A DNA stretch of 64,000 nt from a virus: positions 16,763 through 80,762 of the IMG/VR virus record IMGVR_UViG_3300032308_000833; one strand, given 5' to 3'. Positions 48,501 to 56,790 of the stretch are shown in pieces. The position numbers and the translations under genes were made by a program. The stretch's first letter is position 1, and each line of letters begins with the position of its first letter. The notes below the pieces were generated by a model that worked only from the letters and a program-made list of their open reading frames with translations, was not told where the DNA came from and searched no databases.

Positions 48501-48833
48501 GTACTGGTTAATGATAATAGAATTCTTTCTGCAATACCAGTTGATCAAATTAAGGGATCATCAAATGCATTAGTTAAATTCTTAAACTATAAGCAGTTGC
48601 CATTTACAGACGAAGAAATGTATGTGGTATCATTTAAACCTAGAACAACAAAAGCAGGCAAAAAAATGGCATCACTAACTTTGGCAGATACATCAAGAGA
48701 TTTACATTCAGTTATGGTATTTCCAACATCATTTGCACAAGCATATATGAAGTTAGAAGAAGGACATGCATATAAATTTACTTTAGGTAAAACAAAAGAC
48801 GGAACCGTAATTTTGGAGGATATCAATGGTTAG
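45561..48833 (+). CDS. dnaE: DNA polymerase III alpha subunit (family C)
   Basis: PHP domain HVHTHYS/TDHG; GPGRGS.AGS; FPDIDTD; GIHAAG; KIDALGL; YSFNKSH. Confidence 0.96.
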   Translation: MSYVGLHVHTHYSLFDGVATPEEYIDRAVDLGMQAIAITDHGTLSGHRELYRGAKAKNVKPILGVEGYMCQDRFDTRDKSERDGQLDLVYNHIVLLAKNKVGLENLNKINEIAWTEGYFKKPRFDFEILKQYSEGIIVTSACPSSVLVKALEENAFAVAKKYIEWFKDTFRDDYYIEVMPHNAAEINKQLIALADEFGVKVVVTPDCHHSCKEQREVQEFKLLLNTHAKVEKDHTYDKSKKHKDMMERLDYLYGKDRQITFNKFDIHLLSYEEIKSAMEKQGIFREDIYSNTIEIANKVEEYDLQEGLDLLPVQYRNPDKELKDIAMQGLKDKGLLDDPVYVERLNEELEIIKDKKFGPYFLVVQSMINWAKKEGIMVGPGRGSSAGSLLCYALNITDIDPIKHGLLFFRFINPERNDFPDIDTDIQDSRRDEVKDYLVRQYRHVASIATFLQFKDKGVVRDVSRVLNIPLSDVNKVLKLVDTWEEYCSSRSTDWFREKYPEVEIYGEQLRGRIRGTGIHAAGVVTSKNPIFRYAPLETRSSPGSDERIPVVGIDMEEAERIGLIKIDALGLKTLSVVKDAIDMIKENHYVDIDPLKINMEDAKVYEMLSDGYTKGVFQCEATPYTNLLVKMGVKNLNELAASNALVRPGAMNTIGKDYLARKHGKQNVSYVHQVMKEFTSDTYGCVLYQEQVMQACVHLGGMTMADADKVRKIIGKKKDAREFDVFKEKFVEGASKYVAPNVARDLWHDFEAHAGYSFNKSHAVAYSTLSYWTAWLKYYYPLEFMFALLKNESNKDTRTEYLIEAKRMGIPVKLPHINDSDIDFKIEGKGIRFGLSAIKYISDNIAKKYIDARPFSSYKELEEFTFTKGNGVNSRALNALKLIGAATFSDNPRNDEDIRQNLYEVLNLPEFNVTLPAHYHAFIKEIEDYDEKGSFVIMGMAKSIKRSKGWSRVDFLDKTGSVGIFDEEQTTIETGQTYLVLVNDNRILSAIPVDQIKGSSNALVKFLNYKQLPFTDEEMYVVSFKPRTTKAGKKMASLTLADTSRDLHSVMVFPTSFAQAYMKLEEGHAYKFTLGKTKDGTVILEDING

Positions 48834-49833
48834 CGTAGAAGAAGTATTAGCACAGTTAGATCCTAAGTTACGTAAAAGACTTGGCAACGGAGTTGGGGTA
48901 AATTTTGAGTATCAGCCTACACCTAGTTTTGGTTTAAATCGTGCACTTGGTGGAGGACTTCCATACGGTAGACAGGTTTTAATTTGGGGAAGCAAGTCTT
49001 CTGCAAAATCTTCTATGTGTTTACAAATGATTGCTCTTGCACAAAAAGAAGGAAAGGTTTGTGCTTGGATTGATTCCGAAATGTCATACTCTGAAGATTG
49101 GGCTAAATCACTTGGCGTTGATCCAGAAAAACTTATTTATTCACAAGCAAGAACTATTAGCGATATGGTTGATGTTGGCGTTGGACTAATGAATGCTGGA
49201 GTTGACTTAATTGTTGTTGACTCAATAACATCCATGCTTCCTGCAATCTATTTTGAAAAAGATACTGATGAAATGAAAGCATTGGAAAACACAAAGCAAA
49301 TTGGTGCTGAATCTCGTGACTTTAGTAATGCTTGGAAAATGTTAAACTATGCAAATAATAAAGTAAAGCCAACATTGTTAGTTCTTATTTCTCAATCAAG
49401 AAATAACATTAATGCAATGTATACTAGCCAACAACCATCAGGTGGTCAGGCTACAAAGTTTTACTCTTCTTGTATCATTAAACTATTTTCTTCTGAATCA
49501 GATAATCAGGCACTTAAAGGAAAGATTCAGATTGGTGATAAGTTAATAGAAGAAAAAATTGGAAGAAAAATAAAATGGGAACTACAGTTTTCAAAAACAT
49601 CTCCAGGATTTCAATCAGGAGAATATGACTTTTACTTTAGAGGAGACAGCCTTGGTGTAGATGCCATAGGTGATCTTGTAGATACCGCAGAGTCTGTAGG
49701 CATAATTAATAGAACTGGTGCTTGGTATCAACTTGAAGACGGTACAAAAATTCAGGGTAGAGAAGGATTTATTGATAGAGTAAGAGAGGACCTTGATCTT
49801 CAAGATATGATTAAGAATAAACTTAGTGTCTAA
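48826..49833 (+). CDS. recA: RecA/UvsX-like recombinase
   Basis: LGGGLPYGR; WGSKSSAKS; IDSE; IVVDS; GG.ATKFYSS; GAWY. Confidence 0.9.
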   Translation: MVSVEEVLAQLDPKLRKRLGNGVGVNFEYQPTPSFGLNRALGGGLPYGRQVLIWGSKSSAKSSMCLQMIALAQKEGKVCAWIDSEMSYSEDWAKSLGVDPEKLIYSQARTISDMVDVGVGLMNAGVDLIVVDSITSMLPAIYFEKDTDEMKALENTKQIGAESRDFSNAWKMLNYANNKVKPTLLVLISQSRNNINAMYTSQQPSGGQATKFYSSCIIKLFSSESDNQALKGKIQIGDKLIEEKIGRKIKWELQFSKTSPGFQSGEYDFYFRGDSLGVDAIGDLVDTAESVGIINRTGAWYQLEDGTKIQGREGFIDRVREDLDLQDMIKNKLSV

Positions 49834-50008
49834 CTATACTCTTTATAATGGTAAATTTGTTTGCCATACCTGCAAGGCCATAGTATCAACCTTGAGGTCA
49901 TATGCAGAGACTAAAGAATTAACATGGATGTGTAAAGAAAAGCACTTGAGCAAAGTAACGCTGGTACATAAAAGAAAGAAGGATTATGAGCGAGAAGAGC
50001 GAAAGTAA
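49826..50008 (+). CDS. Small Zn-binding protein
   Basis: CHTC...WMC..KH. Confidence 0.5.
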   Translation: MSNYTLYNGKFVCHTCKAIVSTLRSYAETKELTWMCKEKHLSKVTLVHKRKKDYEREERK

Positions 50009-50270
50009 AAGAATAGGTGCCAAGCAGCACAAGAACTCAGGAAGAAACACCGTAAAGGGTGATGCTTCTTGGAATAACTTTGTAATTGATTTTAAGGAAG
50101 TGTCTAAGTCTTTTACTTTAAACAAAGAGGTTTGGGCTAAGGCTGTGACAGATGCTCTTAAGAAAAACATGGATCCAGCAATAGTTGTGGTTTTAGGACA
50201 GGGTAATAACAAAACAAGATTAGCCATTATTGAGATGGATATACTAGAACAATTAACGGATAGGGTATAA
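49986..50270 (+). CDS. Holliday junction resolvase-like PD-(D/E)XK nuclease (Hjc-like)
   Basis: E...GA....SG...KGD....VIDFKE....F.L....W.K. Confidence 0.6.
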   Translation: MSEKSESKRIGAKQHKNSGRNTVKGDASWNNFVIDFKEVSKSFTLNKEVWAKAVTDALKKNMDPAIVVVLGQGNNKTRLAIIEMDILEQLTDRV

Positions 50271-50277
50271 TAGTAAT

Positions 50278-50817
50278 ATGGAAAATATAGTATTTAATGA
50301 TTTATTTACAAGAAAAGAACGTGAAGATCTTGCTCTTATGGTTCAACACGAAATGGAGACTAGACCACACGTTTCAATTTTAGTAGATGAAAATGGTTCT
50401 TTAATAAATCAAGATAATGTAGTAATGATCGACAGAGATAATGGCAGATTGATGGCTGAAATACTTCCAACACCAGAATACATTATTGAAAAATTAAAAA
50501 CAATAATTAAAGAACAATATGGAGATTGTGAATATATAAGTACAGTCTATGCAGAATATTCTTCAAACACAGGAAATCCAAAACTTAATGGTCACTTTGA
50601 TTCAAAACTTGACACAACTTTAATTGATTACCAATTGGCGTCCACTACAAAATGGCCAATTACAATAGATGGAACAAACTATGAACTAGTAGATAATCAG
50701 GGAGTTCTTCTTAGACCATTCAAGCAGTATCATGGAAGACCACCAAAAACTTTTCAAAAAGATGATTATGTAAACATGTTATTCTTTTTCTTTCAAAAAC
50801 CAACAAACAGAGAATAG
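50278..50817 (+). CDS. 2OG-Fe(II) oxygenase-like protein 1 of tandem array
   Basis: PKLNGHFD...DYQL...WPI.IDG...L.DN...HGR; leaderless promoter (TATAAT at 50266-50271, then 6 nt). Confidence 0.7.
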   Translation: MENIVFNDLFTRKEREDLALMVQHEMETRPHVSILVDENGSLINQDNVVMIDRDNGRLMAEILPTPEYIIEKLKTIIKEQYGDCEYISTVYAEYSSNTGNPKLNGHFDSKLDTTLIDYQLASTTKWPITIDGTNYELVDNQGVLLRPFKQYHGRPPKTFQKDDYVNMLFFFFQKPTNRE

Positions 50818-50830
50818 GATTATATAAAAA

Positions 50831-51547
50831 ATGTTTGATCCAGCAGTATATAGTGAAGAGTTAGAAAATGCTTTTGTAGATAATAAAGATTTTAAAGTGT
50901 TTTCAATTAAAGATGTTTTTCTTGAAGAACATATTAACACATTAAAGCATCATTATAAAAGGTTTGAGCATTACTATATAACAGTTGGGTATGCTGGTCA
51001 AAGAAAATGGGTTGTTCGTTATCCAGAAATAACTAAAAGACTTGAAGAAGTGGTCAGCAAAGGTCTTGGAGAAAAGGTAATATTAGTTGATGTAGAATTA
51101 TGTGTATATTCTCCAGAGTTTGGGTATGAGCCAAAACTTTATCCACATTTTGATAATCATGCTAAAGATGGACAAAGAGTAACAGTGTCAGTTGAAATTG
51201 ATTCAAATATTGATTGGAACCTAGTTATTGAAAATAAAAAATATAAAACAAACTTAAATGAAGGAGTGGTTTTCTCTGGTACCCAACAGATACACTGGAG
51301 AGAAAAATATAATTTTAACAAATCAGATTATTGTGCTGCTATTTTTGCACATTTTAAATATGAAAATAATAGACCACTAAGCCCTAATCAAGAAAATATT
51401 ATGCGTTACTGGGAATTAAAATATCAAAAAGAATCAGGAATTGCTTTGGATCCTATTGGTTTATCAGAACACACATTGAATAATTGGGGCGGCAAAGATA
51501 GTTGGGAAGCAAAAGTAAATGAAGTTTTTCAGGAAGGAAAACAATAA
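50831..51547 (+). CDS. 2OG-Fe(II) oxygenase-like protein 2 of tandem array
   Basis: PKLYPHFD...W.LVIE...FSGTQQIHWRE...FAHF. Confidence 0.75.
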   Translation: MFDPAVYSEELENAFVDNKDFKVFSIKDVFLEEHINTLKHHYKRFEHYYITVGYAGQRKWVVRYPEITKRLEEVVSKGLGEKVILVDVELCVYSPEFGYEPKLYPHFDNHAKDGQRVTVSVEIDSNIDWNLVIENKKYKTNLNEGVVFSGTQQIHWREKYNFNKSDYCAAIFAHFKYENNRPLSPNQENIMRYWELKYQKESGIALDPIGLSEHTLNNWGGKDSWEAKVNEVFQEGKQ

Positions 51548-52194
51548 TGCCATTTGATCCAGCAATATATAATGAAGAGTTAGAAAAAGGAATTGTACCA
51601 AATAGAGATTTTGAAGTATTTGTTTACAAAAATATGATTACTGAAGAACATAATAAAATTATCTATCAGGAAGTTGAAAGAGTAAAGAATAACTTTATTA
51701 CTCAAGATTTTGTTGGACACAGGGCTTGGAATTTTTATAATGAAGAGTTACAAAAATATTTAACTACCTGGATAAGCAATCTTTTGGGTGAACAAATGAT
51801 TTTAAGTGAATTATCTTTTGCAAGATATTCTCGCGAGTATGGTTATGAACCAAAACTATTTCCACATTTTGATACTCATGAAAAAGATGGACAAAGAATA
51901 ACCCTTGACATACAATTAAATGCTACTACACCTTGGGCAGTTGTAGTAGAAGGTGAGTCTTTTAATTTAGAAAATAACGATGGTTTAGTTTTTGCTGGAA
52001 CTCAGCAAGTACATTGGAGAGAAAATAAAACATTGTCAGATACAGATAAAGTAGATATGTTATTTGTTCATTTTAAATATGCTGATCATAGACCTTGGAG
52101 CAAAGATCAAAAGTTAATTTTAGAATATTGGTCTCACAGGTTTAGAGAAAAAACTGGCATAGAAAGACAACCAGTACCAGTAGAGATAAAGTAA
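51547..52194 (+). CDS. 2OG-Fe(II) oxygenase-like protein 3 of tandem array
   Basis: PKLFPHFD...DIQL...W.VVVEG...FAGTQQVHWRE...FVHF. Confidence 0.75.
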   Translation: MPFDPAIYNEELEKGIVPNRDFEVFVYKNMITEEHNKIIYQEVERVKNNFITQDFVGHRAWNFYNEELQKYLTTWISNLLGEQMILSELSFARYSREYGYEPKLFPHFDTHEKDGQRITLDIQLNATTPWAVVVEGESFNLENNDGLVFAGTQQVHWRENKTLSDTDKVDMLFVHFKYADHRPWSKDQKLILEYWSHRFREKTGIERQPVPVEIK

Positions 52195-52198
52195 GCAA

Positions 52199-52906
52199 AT
52201 GAATTATAAAGATGCTCCTAACGTAGTTGTAGAAAACTTTTTTACAGAAGATCAAATAAAAAGATTATATGATATTGTAGAAAATACAAATCATACAACT
52301 TTTCAACAATACCTAAGTTATATAAGTTGGCACATACAATTACCACAAGACATTATAGATGAGGTTACTAAGACTGCAGAAAGTATTGTCGGAGAGGGCT
52401 TAGTCCTTTCTGAATATAACTTTTCTAGATATCAGAAAATCAAAATGTCAGAAGACATTTTAGAGAAAAATTTAATACTTGCTGAATACGATGTTTTAAA
52501 AGATCAAGTTACAGTTTCCGATGATAAGAAAATTTTGTTTAACCCACTTCTTTATCCACACATAGACGAAGCCTTTGCTGGTAAAAGATTTACAGTAGAC
52601 GTACAACTTAAGTCAAATGTTTCGTGGGACATAGTGGTTGACAACTGGAAGTCTGAACAATTATTTAATCTAAAGGATAATCAAGCCTTAACATTTTCTG
52701 GCACACATCAAGTTCATTGGAGACCAAAGAAAGAATTTAAAGATGAAGAATTTTTAGAAGCATTGTTCTTACATTTTGTACCAAAATATGACAACTTTAA
52801 GTCTGAAGAAGAGAAAAAAGAAATATTAAGTAGAAGAGATTACAAGTATGATATGTGGGATCTAACGCCAGGCAATAGTAAAAACCCAATGAAAGTATTA
52901 AACTAA
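52199..52906 (+). CDS. 2OG-Fe(II) oxygenase-like protein 4 of tandem array
   Basis: PLLYPHID...DVQL..N..W.IVV...FSGTHQVHWRP...FLHF. Confidence 0.75.
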   Translation: MNYKDAPNVVVENFFTEDQIKRLYDIVENTNHTTFQQYLSYISWHIQLPQDIIDEVTKTAESIVGEGLVLSEYNFSRYQKIKMSEDILEKNLILAEYDVLKDQVTVSDDKKILFNPLLYPHIDEAFAGKRFTVDVQLKSNVSWDIVVDNWKSEQLFNLKDNQALTFSGTHQVHWRPKKEFKDEEFLEALFLHFVPKYDNFKSEEEKKEILSRRDYKYDMWDLTPGNSKNPMKVLN

Positions 52907-53682
52907 TGACCAACATACATAATTTTTTAACAGACTTTAATAAATACAACACAAAACTTCCGTTTTATGTAGAAAAACCTTTTACTGAAAGTCAATCAAA
53001 ATTATTAAGAGATGTTATTGAAGCAAATAGAAGTATAGTTGTTGACGATCTTGTTGAATCAGAGTATGAAATAATATCTGCAATGAATAGATTTTATCCT
53101 AAAAAAATAAAAATAATGTCAAGAGAGTTGATAGAGTTTGAATGTCCAGAAGAAATAGAAGACGTAATGAACTCATATGCTAAGCCAGTTTATAAAGAAG
53201 AAATAAAATTATGTCATTATAATTATATTAAATATGATATGCAATATGGTGATAGAAAGTACGCACCATCTCTTCCACCTCACATTGATGCTGATGAAAA
53301 CTTAGTTACTTTTAATTATCAAATTGGCGGTAACGTAGATGACTGGCAACTAGTAATAGATGGTGAACATTATGATCTTAAAAATGGGGATGCTATGGTA
53401 TTTAGTGCAGTTAATCAAGTGCATTGGAGACCAAAAAGACATTGGAAGCCTGGAGAGTATGTTGAGATAGTTAGTTTTGATTACTGTCCTCCAGATAATT
53501 ATAGATTTACAGGAGATGAAAATCCACTGGACAATGAGCGTTATCCTGAAGTAAGAAATAAATATATTGATGATTTAAATCAACATCCAAGGTTTCAACA
53601 AAGTTGGATACAGTATCACGAAGAAGGCAAAAAAATAGGAATAATTGAAGATGACAATGGAGGCTTTGGTTTTGGAAACTGA
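52906..53682 (+). CDS. 2OG-Fe(II) oxygenase-like protein 5 of tandem array
   Basis: PSLPPHID...NYQ...W.LVIDG...FSAVNQVHWRP. Confidence 0.75.
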   Translation: MTNIHNFLTDFNKYNTKLPFYVEKPFTESQSKLLRDVIEANRSIVVDDLVESEYEIISAMNRFYPKKIKIMSRELIEFECPEEIEDVMNSYAKPVYKEEIKLCHYNYIKYDMQYGDRKYAPSLPPHIDADENLVTFNYQIGGNVDDWQLVIDGEHYDLKNGDAMVFSAVNQVHWRPKRHWKPGEYVEIVSFDYCPPDNYRFTGDENPLDNERYPEVRNKYIDDLNQHPRFQQSWIQYHEEGKKIGIIEDDNGGFGFGN

Positions 53683-53983
53683 AAATGGCAAAACAACAAT
53701 AGAAATGGTTAATGGTCTTGCTGAAATAGCAGAGTATATGCAAGATGAAGAACTAACTACAGCATTAACATTTATTGCAAAGGTTATCATTAAACCAGAT
53801 ATACCAATGAACGTTGCAACTATAGAAATTGTTAGACTGCAGGCAATTGCAGCAAAGATGTCCTTTAAAGCAACTTGGATGACCAATGTTGATAAAAACG
53901 ATAGAGCAAAAAAGAATATATATTATACTGCTGCAGAGTCAATTAATGATTTAGTTTCTGCACTTAAGTACATTACGCGATAG
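53672..53983 (+). CDS. Hypothetical conserved protein
   Basis: TTG 53672 preceded by GGAGG; helical, ~103 aa. Confidence 0.6.
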   Translation: METENGKTTIEMVNGLAEIAEYMQDEELTTALTFIAKVIIKPDIPMNVATIEIVRLQAIAAKMSFKATWMTNVDKNDRAKKNIYYTAAESINDLVSALKYITR

Positions 53984-54011
53984 TCTGCTATACTATATTA
54001 AAAGGACAAAC

Positions 54012-54851
54012 ATGAAAAATTTATTACAGCAAGTTATGATTAAAAAAGAAATACACAATGGCGATGTAGACTTTACTAAAGGTCTAATTGAATCAATTGA
54101 AAAAGGATATACTGCAAACTTAAAACCTAAGTATGCAAAAAAATATAGTTTCTCTCCATCAACAATAGTATGGAACCATGGTGAGTGTGCAAGATTTTGG
54201 TATTTAGCCTTTGAAGGAACTGTGTGGGAAGATAACGCAGATGCTTACGGTGTTGCTAATAGAACAGGTGGTAATCTAAGTCACGGTAGAATTCAAGATG
54301 CTTTATTAAAGTCTGGTGTTCTTGCTGAAGATTTAGAAATGGATCCAGAGCCAAGAAAGTATAATAAACAAATACATCCAGCAATGGAGTTGGCTGTAAG
54401 ATCTGAAGACCCTCCTATTAATGGATTTGCAGATGCTATGTTACATTACAATGGAACTGACATTGTTGGCGAAATTAAAACTGTGCCAAACGAAGGTTTT
54501 GAATATAGAAAAATGCATAGAAAACCAAAGATGGATCATCTAAAACAAGTTCTTATTTATATGAAAGTGTTTAAAAAAGATAAGGGTGTATTGATTTATG
54601 AAAATAAAAATAATCATGAATTGCTTACACTTCCTATTGAACTAAACGATCATTACCGCAGGTGGGTTAACCAGGCGTTTGATTGGATGAGGACAGTTCG
54701 CAAAGCATGGGTTGATCAAACTATTCCTAAAAGGAATTATAGATCTAACTCAAAAATTTGTGCAAGATGTCCAATTCAAAAAGCATGTTCTGAAGCAGAG
54801 GCGGGAACTATTAAAATAGATTCCTTGGAGAACCTTGGTGAAGAACTGTAA
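54012..54851 (+). CDS. Cas4/RecB-like PD-(D/E)XK exonuclease
   Basis: FSPS...C.R..Y; G...H.RIQ; GFAD...EIKT; Q..IYM; YENKN; C..CP....C. Confidence 0.85.
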   Translation: MKNLLQQVMIKKEIHNGDVDFTKGLIESIEKGYTANLKPKYAKKYSFSPSTIVWNHGECARFWYLAFEGTVWEDNADAYGVANRTGGNLSHGRIQDALLKSGVLAEDLEMDPEPRKYNKQIHPAMELAVRSEDPPINGFADAMLHYNGTDIVGEIKTVPNEGFEYRKMHRKPKMDHLKQVLIYMKVFKKDKGVLIYENKNNHELLTLPIELNDHYRRWVNQAFDWMRTVRKAWVDQTIPKRNYRSNSKICARCPIQKACSEAEAGTIKIDSLENLGEEL

Positions 54852-55122
54852 ATGGTGTGAAAATAAATTTAAAGCAAAAGTAACATATCAAATATATTGT
54901 TCTGAGGAATGCAGAGAGGCTGCAACTAAAGAAAAAATTGCTGAAAGATATGTTATTTCACGTAGACAAAAAAGAATTGGTAAGACTAGAAAGTGCAAAA
55001 ATTGTGGTAATGATTTGTCAATATATAATGATGAACCAATATGTACTTTTTGTTTAATTAATCCAGTAGAAGTTGTTAAGGCTTTAAAAAAAATGAGGAT
55101 TATTATTAATGACAAAGAATAA
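54835..55122 (+). CDS. Cys-rich Zn-binding protein
   Basis: CKWC, YCSEEC, CKNC, CTFC. Confidence 0.65.
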   Translation: MVKNCKWCENKFKAKVTYQIYCSEECREAATKEKIAERYVISRRQKRIGKTRKCKNCGNDLSIYNDEPICTFCLINPVEVVKALKKMRIIINDKE

Positions 55123-55696
55123 ATGGGGCATAGAGATTATGCCTAATAATATTTGTGCAATAGATGCAAGCACAAATAGTTTGGCTTTTTCTGTTTATAA
55201 TAATAAACAACTTGGTTTTTTTGGAAAGATCAATTTTACTGGTAACACAACATATGAAAAAGTTGGAGATGCTTGCATAAAAACTCAAGCCTTGTTTGAT
55301 CTTTATGATATAGATGCTGTAGTGATAGAGCATACAGTGTTTATGAACAGTCCAAAGACTGCAGCAGACCTAGCATTAGTTCAGGGTGCTATTATAGGTG
55401 CCCTTAAAATTTGCGGGGTATCAACAATAGGATCAGTATCACCAATCACATGGCAAAACTTTATAGGTAATAAGAAGATATCAAAAGAAGAAAGAGTATT
55501 AATAGCAACTCAAAACCCTGGTAAATCAGAGTCTTGGTATAAAACATATGAAAGAAATTTAAGGAAAGAAAGAACTATAAGGTTTGTTAATACCATATAT
55601 GATAAAAATATAAGTGACAATGATGTGGCTGATGCATGTGGCATAGGTCATTGGGCTATTAATAATTGGAATAAAGCCATGAGGATTGAGGAATAG
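55109..55696 (+). CDS. RuvC-like Holliday junction resolvase
   Basis: ICAIDAST; VVIE; L..VQGAI; P..W; D.DVADA.GIG. Confidence 0.8.
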   Translation: MTKNKWGIEIMPNNICAIDASTNSLAFSVYNNKQLGFFGKINFTGNTTYEKVGDACIKTQALFDLYDIDAVVIEHTVFMNSPKTAADLALVQGAIIGALKICGVSTIGSVSPITWQNFIGNKKISKEERVLIATQNPGKSESWYKTYERNLRKERTIRFVNTIYDKNISDNDVADACGIGHWAINNWNKAMRIEE

Positions 55697-56340
55697 TGCC
55701 AGAATTAAATGCAAACATTCCACCAATAGAATGTTATGTTAGAGGTAATTTTTTAAGAGATCAACAGGACTCTCATGATCAATATTTTCCTGTGGTAATT
55801 TTTGGTGTGTCAAGTGTAAAGTCAAGAAGTCCATTGTTTCATTTCTTGATGGAAGATGGCGGCCTTTGGTGGAGAATGCCAATTAACGCTTTTTGTACTA
55901 AACCAGATACCCCAGAGCAACCATTATATAATCTAGTTCTTTGGAATTCTTTTAGTTCACATATATCAGTAACTAAGTTTGAAAATTTAAGTAATATGAA
56001 GATGTCTTATTTAGACAGAACTAAACAAAATATATTTGGAAAGTACTTGTTTACTTTAGACTGGCACAATCCAGATAGCAATATATTAAATGACGGATAC
56101 TCTGAAAATCCAGGGCAGCATAAATGTGGGCATGTTATTCAACGCGATGATGGAAATTTTGCTATACAGCCAAATAATAGAGTTCGTTTATACGAACCAT
56201 CGTTTGTTACTAAAAAATCATTAGTAATAGATAGATTGATTAATACTAATGCTTGGGATGTTGAGGGGTACAATAAGTGGGTCACAGAAGACTCTAACTC
56301 CTATAACTATGATATTATTGATACAGAGGATAGTGAATAA
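55696..56340 (+). CDS. Conserved hypothetical phage protein
   Basis: LNANIPP; G.YLFTLDW; HKCGH; GNFAIQPNNR. Confidence 0.65.
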   Translation: MPELNANIPPIECYVRGNFLRDQQDSHDQYFPVVIFGVSSVKSRSPLFHFLMEDGGLWWRMPINAFCTKPDTPEQPLYNLVLWNSFSSHISVTKFENLSNMKMSYLDRTKQNIFGKYLFTLDWHNPDSNILNDGYSENPGQHKCGHVIQRDDGNFAIQPNNRVRLYEPSFVTKKSLVIDRLINTNAWDVEGYNKWVTEDSNSYNYDIIDTEDSE

Positions 56341-56341
56341 A

Positions 56342-56500
56342 ATGGCTTCTGGTAAAATGTATAGTAGCGAAGTTTTTATGCGTAAGAGATATCTTATGGA
56401 TAGAAAATCGCCAGAAGAAATTGCCAAGGAGTGTGGATGTAGTGTTGAAACAATATACGTTTACTTGGCTAAGTTTGGATTAAGGAAATCAAAAAGATGA
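56342..56500 (+). CDS. Small HTH protein
   Basis: SPEEIAKECGCSVETIYVYLAKFGL. Confidence 0.65.
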   Translation: MASGKMYSSEVFMRKRYLMDRKSPEEIAKECGCSVETIYVYLAKFGLRKSKR

Positions 56501-56790
56501 AGACTTCAACCCAACATACAATTGCTGATGTTTGCGATAATATAAAAAATATGCTTATTGAAAAAAATAAATCATATGGAGATTCTGCCCTTGATCCAAT
56601 TAGACTATTTTCTAAAGCAAGTTCAGATGAGCAAATAAAAATAAGAATTGATGATAAGTTGTCCAGAATTTCTAGAGGTTCTGAGTTTTATGGAGACAAT
56701 GATTTAGATGATTTGATAGGATATTTAATTTTATTAAAGGTTTCAAAAGTTTACAACAAGAAGGAGTTACAAAATGAAAGATCAGTTTGA
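56497..56790 (+). CDS. DUF1599-like (nucleotide-modification-associated) helical protein
   Basis: KN..YGDS...RIDDKLSRI...DLIGYLIL. Confidence 0.6.
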   Translation: MKTSTQHTIADVCDNIKNMLIEKNKSYGDSALDPIRLFSKASSDEQIKIRIDDKLSRISRGSEFYGDNDLDDLIGYLILLKVSKVYNKKELQNERSV

